Source: Thraustochytrium aureum (lineage: Eukaryota). Taken from it: a DNA stretch of 64,000 nucleotides. The position numbers and the translations under genes were made by a program. Positions within the stretch are counted from its first letter, which is position 1. Every line of letters starts with the position of its first letter. Below, in pieces: positions 58,401-64,000 of the stretch. The notes beneath the pieces were generated by a model that ran no database searches, was not told the DNA's origin, and saw only the letters and a list, made by a program, of their open reading frames with translations. The stretch lies in the NCBI GenBank assembly GCA_012862495.1, contig BLSG01000402.1:247701-311700 (forward strand), in the 5' to 3' direction.

Positions 58401-59146
58401 CCACGATGCTCACCCTGTACCGGCAGCGCGAGCACGAGCTCCTCGACCTTCTCGTGGCAAAGTACGGTCCCGAGCCGACGTATCGCGAGGCGCGTGCGCC
58501 CACTGGGTTCGAGCGCAGCTTCCCGCGGGTCGTTCGAATCCCAAGCTGCGACCACAAGGTGGTTCAGGTCGCCTGTGGGGTCTCGCACTCGCTGGCGCTC
58601 ACCGAGGATGGCCGCGTCTTTTCCTGGGGCGGTCCAGCGAACGCGCCCGCGCTCGGGATTGGCAAGCCGCCCTATGAGACGGTGCAGGTCCCAACGCCCG
58701 TCGACCTTGGCACACGTCAGGCGAGGTTTGCGCGAATTGCCGCGGGCGCAGAGCACTCTGCGGCAATCTCCCTTGGCGGCGCCTTGTACACCTGGGGAAA
58801 CGGCAGCTTTGGCGAGCTTGGCCACGGCGATCGGTCGTCCTGCTTTAGCCCGCGCGCTGTTTCCTTCTTCAAGGCCGGGCATGTTTCTGTTGCTCGCGTG
58901 GCGTGCGGGTCACGTCACACCGTTGCGCTTTCCACGTCTGGGCGCGCTTTCACGTTTGGGTTGTCGACGTGCGGAGCGCTAGGGCTTGCGCCTCTGCCAG
59001 GAGCTGAGCAGCGCCTTCCGCTGGCCGTCGCAACGCCCTCCGAGGTCGTCATTTGCGCTGACAACGAACAGCTACCAAGCATGCGCGTCGTGGACGTGTT
59101 CGCCGCGTTCTCGTCCACCGTCTTCCTGACGCTCCCCTTCACGTAG
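52414..59146 (+). CDS. Very large (~2240 aa) PH-domain + RCC1-repeat protein; frameshifts at ~53280 and ~54895
   Basis: PH: REGTMLEK...WRRRDMLL...KAQEWFRDI. Many RCC1 repeats (SCGHRHT, TFGYGGGGRLGHG, WGWGEAGRLG, ACGVSHSLAL, WGNGSFGELGHG). Single-gene join is inferred. Confidence 0.75.
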
Positions 59147-59317
59147 AGTTTCTGCGCCGCAACCTTTGCGGACTGCCGTGCCTCCTTCGCAGACTGGCCG
59201 GCCGTACATCTCTATCCGTAGGTAGAAATCGCCAAAACATGCTTGCTTGCTAGCCGCGCTGTCTGCCAGATGCCGTAGAGCAGCGCGTCCAGCAGGTGCT
59301 CGTCTTGGCCAGCGCCC

Positions 59318-59487
59318 CTGTTGAAGCGTCGATCGTCCGCGCGGCAGGAGGCTGTTGAAGCGTCTATCGTCCGCGCGGCAGGAGGCTGTTGAAGCGTCTA
59401 TCTTCCGCGCGGCAGGAGGCTGTTGAAGCGTCGATCGTCCGCGCGGCAGGAGGCTGTTGAAGCGTCTATCTTCCGCGCGGCAGGAGG
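59318..59487. repeat. 34-bp minisatellite, 5 contiguous copies
   Basis: ctgttgaagcgtc(g/t)atc(g/t)tccgcgcggcaggagg at 59318, 59352, 59386, 59420 and 59454; no spacers. Confidence 0.95.
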
Positions 59488-59781
59488 CTCTGAGCCAAGT
59501 GAGCGCCATGCAGCACGCACGCATGCACGCACGCACGCACGCAGCAGGGCCCGGACGAATTGGGCGAGAACCTTGTTGCGCCACGTTCTGCACGGCCTCT
59601 GTCCGCGCACCAAGGCGACTCGCACCACGCAAAACGCCTCGAGCAGACCTGCTTCGCTGTGGTGGCCGCTGCGGCGGCGGCTGCCGTGCTCGCGGCTGGG
59701 GGTGGGGCCAGCCAGAAAGGAAGGCGCGTCTAGGCTGGGAGGCTTGGCGTGGGAGCGGTGCCGTTCAGCTGCGCCGCCGGA

Positions 59782-60878
59782 ATGGTCTCGACTGGAGCCT
59801 GGGCCACCTTGGTGGAGGCGCCAGTGACCGGCGCGCTCCTGGGCGCGTGCACGGTGGCGACTGCCGCGTTCCGGGCGAAGAACGTGTCGACCTCGGTGGT
59901 GTCGAGCAGCTACAACAAGGTACGTGGCGCTGTGGGTGCTGGACTGTGCCCTAGCGCTCTCGCGGCTCGGCTAACTGGTCTTTCCGTTTCGCACCGCAGG
60001 TCGTGCTGCAGCGGGAGTTTTGGCGACTAGGTCTATCCGCGTTTGTGCACGCGGACCCGATCCACCTTGCTTTCAACCTGGCGTGGATATGGGCCAATAG
60101 AGAGCTCGAGCTGTACTTTGGCTCGAGCGAGTACCTGCGCCGCTGCTTTGTCCTCCTAGTGCTCGCCAATGCGCTGCACCTGGCCGGCGTGCACCAAGTT
60201 AGCACGCGCGGTACCATCCTTGAGCGATTGCAGCAGCAATACTGGTTTGGGTTCTCCGGCGTTTTGTTCGGGATGAATGTCGTTCACGCAAACCTGTGGT
60301 TTTGGAGCGAAGGCGATACAATCGCCCTCCTCGGCCTCGTCCCCGTGCCTGTCGAGAGCTCGACCTGGATTTTACTCATCCTATCACAAATGCTAGCGTG
60401 GAAGGCCTGCGTGAACAACAACCTTAGCGGGATCGTCGCTGGCCAGCTCATGGCGATGGGCCTGTTCGATTGGTTGACGCCGTACTTTTCTTGGTGCTTG
60501 CTGCAGTGGTGTGTTGTTCTCATGGTCATGAGTCGCGGATTTCCGCCCCGATTCGACTCTGAGGAGATTGTTCAGCAGCGCCGAGCTGAGGTGGCTTTCG
60601 CGGCGACGGTGGCGCCTGCAGCAGGTTCCCGCCCAAGGTCTGCTTCTGCCTTTGACCTTGAGGCGCAGCCTGGCGCGATGGATAACGGAGAGGAGCGTGC
60701 GGGGCCGCGTCGCGGCGGGCGGCCAGGGCACCAGCAGCAGCTGAGCCACCAGCAGCAGTGGGGGCCCAGAGTGTGGACCGAGGCCGAAGAAGCCTCTGTG
60801 GTTATTGAAGTCCCGAACCGGTTTTCAACGCGGACACGAGCAAGTGCTCAGGGGGCAACGCAGCCATCTCCTGACTAG
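59782..60878 (+). CDS. Rhomboid-family intramembrane (pseudo)protease; exons 59782-59919 and 60000-60878
   Basis: EFWRL..SAFVH...HLAFN, GFSGVLFG; Asn at the expected catalytic His position (NNLSGIVAG). Confidence 0.85.
59920..59999 (+). other. Spliceosomal intron (80 nt)
   Basis: GTACGT donor, GCTAAC branch point, CGCAG acceptor; phase-0 join SYNK-VVLQREFW. Confidence 0.9.
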
Positions 60879-61243
60879 TTTTGTTTTTCTTTCTTCGCGC
60901 ACGGTAGAGCGACTTCCGGTAACGGCCCGCCGAGCAGAGTTCGGGGTTTCAGCAAAGCATGCAGCCTGACTCTATAGGAGTGGAGAGGAGTGTTGCGGGA
61001 TCGGCCCTCCGCTGCGGCCTGGGATGGCTTCGTCGAGCGGCGCAGAGCCTGTGGGTTGTCAATCAGGAGTTCGCACCCTGGCGCCGACTGCTCGCGCAGG
61101 GAACTCTCGCTTGTTTTTATGTCTACGAGGCTGCTCGGGTTGCGCACGAGCGCCAGCTAGAGCGCACTGCGTGCCTCGCTAGCTGGAGGTTTGTTTGTCT
61201 GCTGGCAAGGCAGCCAAACTCCAGCCCGCCAAACGCCTGGCGC

Positions 61244-62808
61244 TCAAAGGAAATCCATCCCCAGCCCGAGCTGGAACCGGCGCTGCTGGTCGCGGGAGTT
61301 GGCGCGAAGCACAAACGAGTAGTTGGCCTCGATCCGGCCCACTGAAGTCGGGAAAACGATCCCCGCCCCCACAGAGGCCCGCGCTCCTTTGACAAGCGTT
61401 CTGAACGACGTCTCCCAGGCGCACAGGTTGCCTGCATTGGCGTAAAGATGACAGCGCAGCCCCGCGTCATGCAGCATGGCGTGCGGGAAGGGGAGGTATA
61501 AGCTGTAGCCGAGACTCCACGTCACGTCACCTCCAAGCGCGTCACCCCCCGGCGCCCCAGGAAGCTTTGGCGAGGTGCGCGGCCCAGCTCCCTTGTAGTG
61601 AAACCCGCGCAGGCCCATCGGCCCGCCCAGCCAGAACCGGTCGCTGATTGAGGAGCTCCCGCCAACGAAAGCCTGCCTTCCGCCTGCTGCCGGCGCCGAG
61701 GCGCCTTGCTCCCCGCGGCGGGACGGCAATGGTGCGAGCGGGGCCCCCTCGCCAAGCGGGTAGAGAACCCCGGCTTGGAACGAGAAACCCAAGGCGCAGT
61801 CCGCCAAGACACGCGACAGCACGGGGACAAACTGCTGCAGCTTGACCTCGCCCTTTGCAAAGCTCACGTCTCCTCCAAACCCAGCTAGCTCGGAGCGCAA
61901 CTGGAAGAACGACCCCTCGGTTGGGCCGAAAGGGTCGTCGCGCCGGTCGCTCGTAAACGTGTAGTGCAGGCTGTTCTTTAGCGTGGGGCGTGCCTGAGCA
62001 ATGATGAGACCCGACGCGGCGTACTCAAACTCGTTCTTAGAGCTTCGCACCGGGATGATGTCGCGCCACGCCGACCCGACGCCGATCTCGTGCCGGCCGC
62101 CGTCGTGCTTGAGCTCTGCGCGGAGGGCCTTTATTTTCTCTTCGTACGAGCTCGCCAAAGCGCGGCTCGCCATGGCTTGGCGAGCGCCAACCTTTAGCGT
62201 GAATGGCAAGCCGCGGAAGCGAGGCTTGACCACCTCGAGGTGCGTGGCGGTGTTGCTCTTGGTCCCGTAGGAGACCCCAGCATTAACTTTTTCTGTGAAC
62301 CCTACCGGATTGTTGAGCGTCATGGAGGTCTCGATGCCGCCGTCCGCGCCTGTACTTGTGACGTACGTTTCTGCCTTGAGGTTGAGCATGCGCTTCTCTC
62401 GCACGGTGACAGTAACGTCGGTGAGCTCCATATCGGCTCTGCCGCCATGATTGCCGCCGGGGGCCACGTCGCAGTACACTTCTACAGCTTCAAAAGCGTC
62501 CACTTGCTTGAGGTTGCGAAGGGCGCGCATGATGCCCGTGCTGACGTCCCGGACAGTCCGACCGCGTTTGGCTGCCGCGAGCTCCGCATCGATAACGCTC
62601 CGCCTGTTCGCACAGACGCAAGGCAGGCAAAGCCGTCCGAACGCGCGTCAGTGCCACCGTGCCCAAAGGCGGACGGACCTCGCTCTCGGGCCGTGCAGCG
62701 CGGCTCCACTTACCTCGTCCGAGCGTTCCCGATCACGTGCACCTTCCTGATCCTCAGCGGCCTGCTGAAGATCGGGTCGTCCATCCCGACCTCGTCCCCG
62801 TCCTCCAT
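61244..62808 (-). CDS. SAMM50: Sorting and assembly machinery component SAM50 (Omp85 family); exons 62808-62714 and 62603-61244
   Basis: POTRA VHVIGNARTR, DRRDDPFGPTEG, DRFWLGGPMGLRGF, DALGGD, RASVGAG, GRIEANY, FQLGLGMDFL. Confidence 0.95.
62604..62713 (-). other. Spliceosomal intron (110 nt)
   Basis: GTAAGT donor, ACTGAC branch point, CAG acceptor; in-frame join RT-R-RSVIDAEL. Confidence 0.9.
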
Positions 62809-63069
62809 CCCGGCGCCCTCGCTGCGTGCCGCACTTGGCCGCCGTCGGCCGCCTGAAAGCAAGGAACGAGGCAGCTCCCGAAGAACGCCGCCAAGACGAC
62901 CCTGGACGCAAACGGGACTTGAGCGCAATCACCGACGCGGCCTCCAGGACACGCGGCCCCACGCGACTCTGCGCCGCGACGAGAGGGATCGGCCGGCCCT
63001 CCGCCGCCTGCCGCTCTCGACGCTGCACTGCCCTGCCCGCCCGTTCTCGCACGTGATTCCGGGTACCCT

Positions 63070-63386
63070 CTGTGACGTGCGTACGAGCAGAATCAAGTAA
63101 ACGTGCGCGTTGTGCGTGACGCGCGACCTCGCGTGCGGAGACTGGAGTGACGCGAGTCAACGCTATGTGACGTAGTTTCGACGATGAAGGGAGTTTCGCA
63201 ACGTCTATATGAGGGCCATTGACGATGTGTGTGCGTTAGTTGCCTCTCGGTTGGGCGAAACACGGGGGGTCCTGTGACGAGCGTGGACCTGCCGCGAGGG
63301 CGCAGTGACGCAATAAGTCGTGCTGAGACGCCAAAACAACACGGTTTACGTCAAATGTTACGTCTCGAAAGTGAGGCCCGTGACGG
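63070..63386. promoter_or_regulatory. Cluster of TGACG motifs in divergent promoter
   Basis: TGACG at 63073, 63117, 63148, 63168, 63220, 63275, 63306 and 63381, plus CGTCA at 63349. Confidence 0.55.
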
Positions 63387-63422
63387 ACGTTGGTGGGTTG
63401 GCGGCAATGTGTGATCTCGGAC

Positions 63423-64000
63423 ATGAACGGCTCGGACTCGGAGAGGCAGCAGACCGCCGGGAGCGCGCCGTCGCGAGCCACGCCGGCCTTCGCGAGGCCG
63501 GTCGTGTTGGCAATGAAACGCGGCGCTGTTCTTGCACATAGCGGGCATCCCGCTCGCAGAGGTGGAAGCAGGTCGCTCTCGGGCGATTCCGCGACCTCGG
63601 AAAATGCTGGCGCCCAGCTCGGAGCGGCCACCTCGTGCGGGGCGGCTGCCGCGGCGGATGGGCGAGGAAGGACGCGACCCGCCACCAGGCTGCTGCTGCA
63701 AGTCATGCTGTTCGTTGTGGTGGTGTTCAACGTGGTCAGCTTCGTGACGGTGAGTGTGCCGCGCGAGCGCGAGGAAGCCCAGGAGCAGTCCGAGGCGCCG
63801 GCGGCAACCGCGGTCGCGCACGCTGCACATGCTGAGAGCTCATGGCAGCCCAACCCACCAAGTAACGCCCGGCCTCGAGCCGGAGATGCGGGCCTCGACG
63901 GCGTGCACATTACGCACGTTTTCAACACTTTTGTGACAAAAGCGGGATCGCTTCTCGGGAAAGAACATCACATCGTCCAGATGTCCTGGGAGCGAGCCGC
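63423..64000 (+). CDS. 5' part of a putative type II membrane protein (runs off window; not in ORF track)
   Basis: Open from ATG 63423. TM LLLQVMLFVVVVFNVVSFVTVSV, stem, then VHITHVFNTF. Confidence 0.6.
   Translation, partial: MNGSDSERQQTAGSAPSRATPAFARPVVLAMKRGAVLAHSGHPARRGGSRSLSGDSATSENAGAQLGAATSCGAAAAADGRGRTRPATRLLLQVMLFVVVVFNVVSFVTVSVPREREEAQEQSEAPAATAVAHAAHAESSWQPNPPSNARPRAGDAGLDGVHITHVFNTFVTKAGSLLGKEHHIVQMSWERA

Noticed and set aside
59318..59487. CRISPR array
   Set aside because: Units are contiguous with no unique spacers, there are no cas genes, and the context is eukaryotic
1..64000. Numerous long overlapping or antisense ORFs
   Set aside because: Expected from high GC and codon bias; Arg/Ala/Pro-rich with no domain motifs

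Overview
GC-rich, gene-dense, intron-poor eukaryotic scaffold with many short N gaps. It carries about 24 protein-coding genes, often in head-to-head pairs. Four short GT-AG introns with CTRAC branch points can be reconstructed; the style suggests a stramenopile such as a labyrinthulomycete (inference only). Recognisable genes: CD36-family receptor, PDI-like/JmjC fusion, U-box-vWA-Vint(Hint) protein, RNase Z, PTAR1, assimilatory nitrate reductase, Rab-GDI with a PDZ insert, LETM1, DUF6687-like, DUF711, FN3 membrane protein, TTL-family ligase, PH protein, sulfotransferase, TKL kinase, WW/CHCHD2-like protein, MYBBP1A/Pol5, IQ protein, PH+RCC1 giant protein, rhomboid and SAM50. At least seven single-base frameshifts interrupt otherwise intact genes and are most likely assembly indels. 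Most interesting: the U-box-vWA-Hint candidate autoprocessing E3 ligase, the membrane-anchored PDI-fold+JmjC dioxygenase fusion, the PDZ-containing GDI, and TGACG-motif clusters in divergent promoters. All domain calls come from motif recognition by eye; no searches were run.
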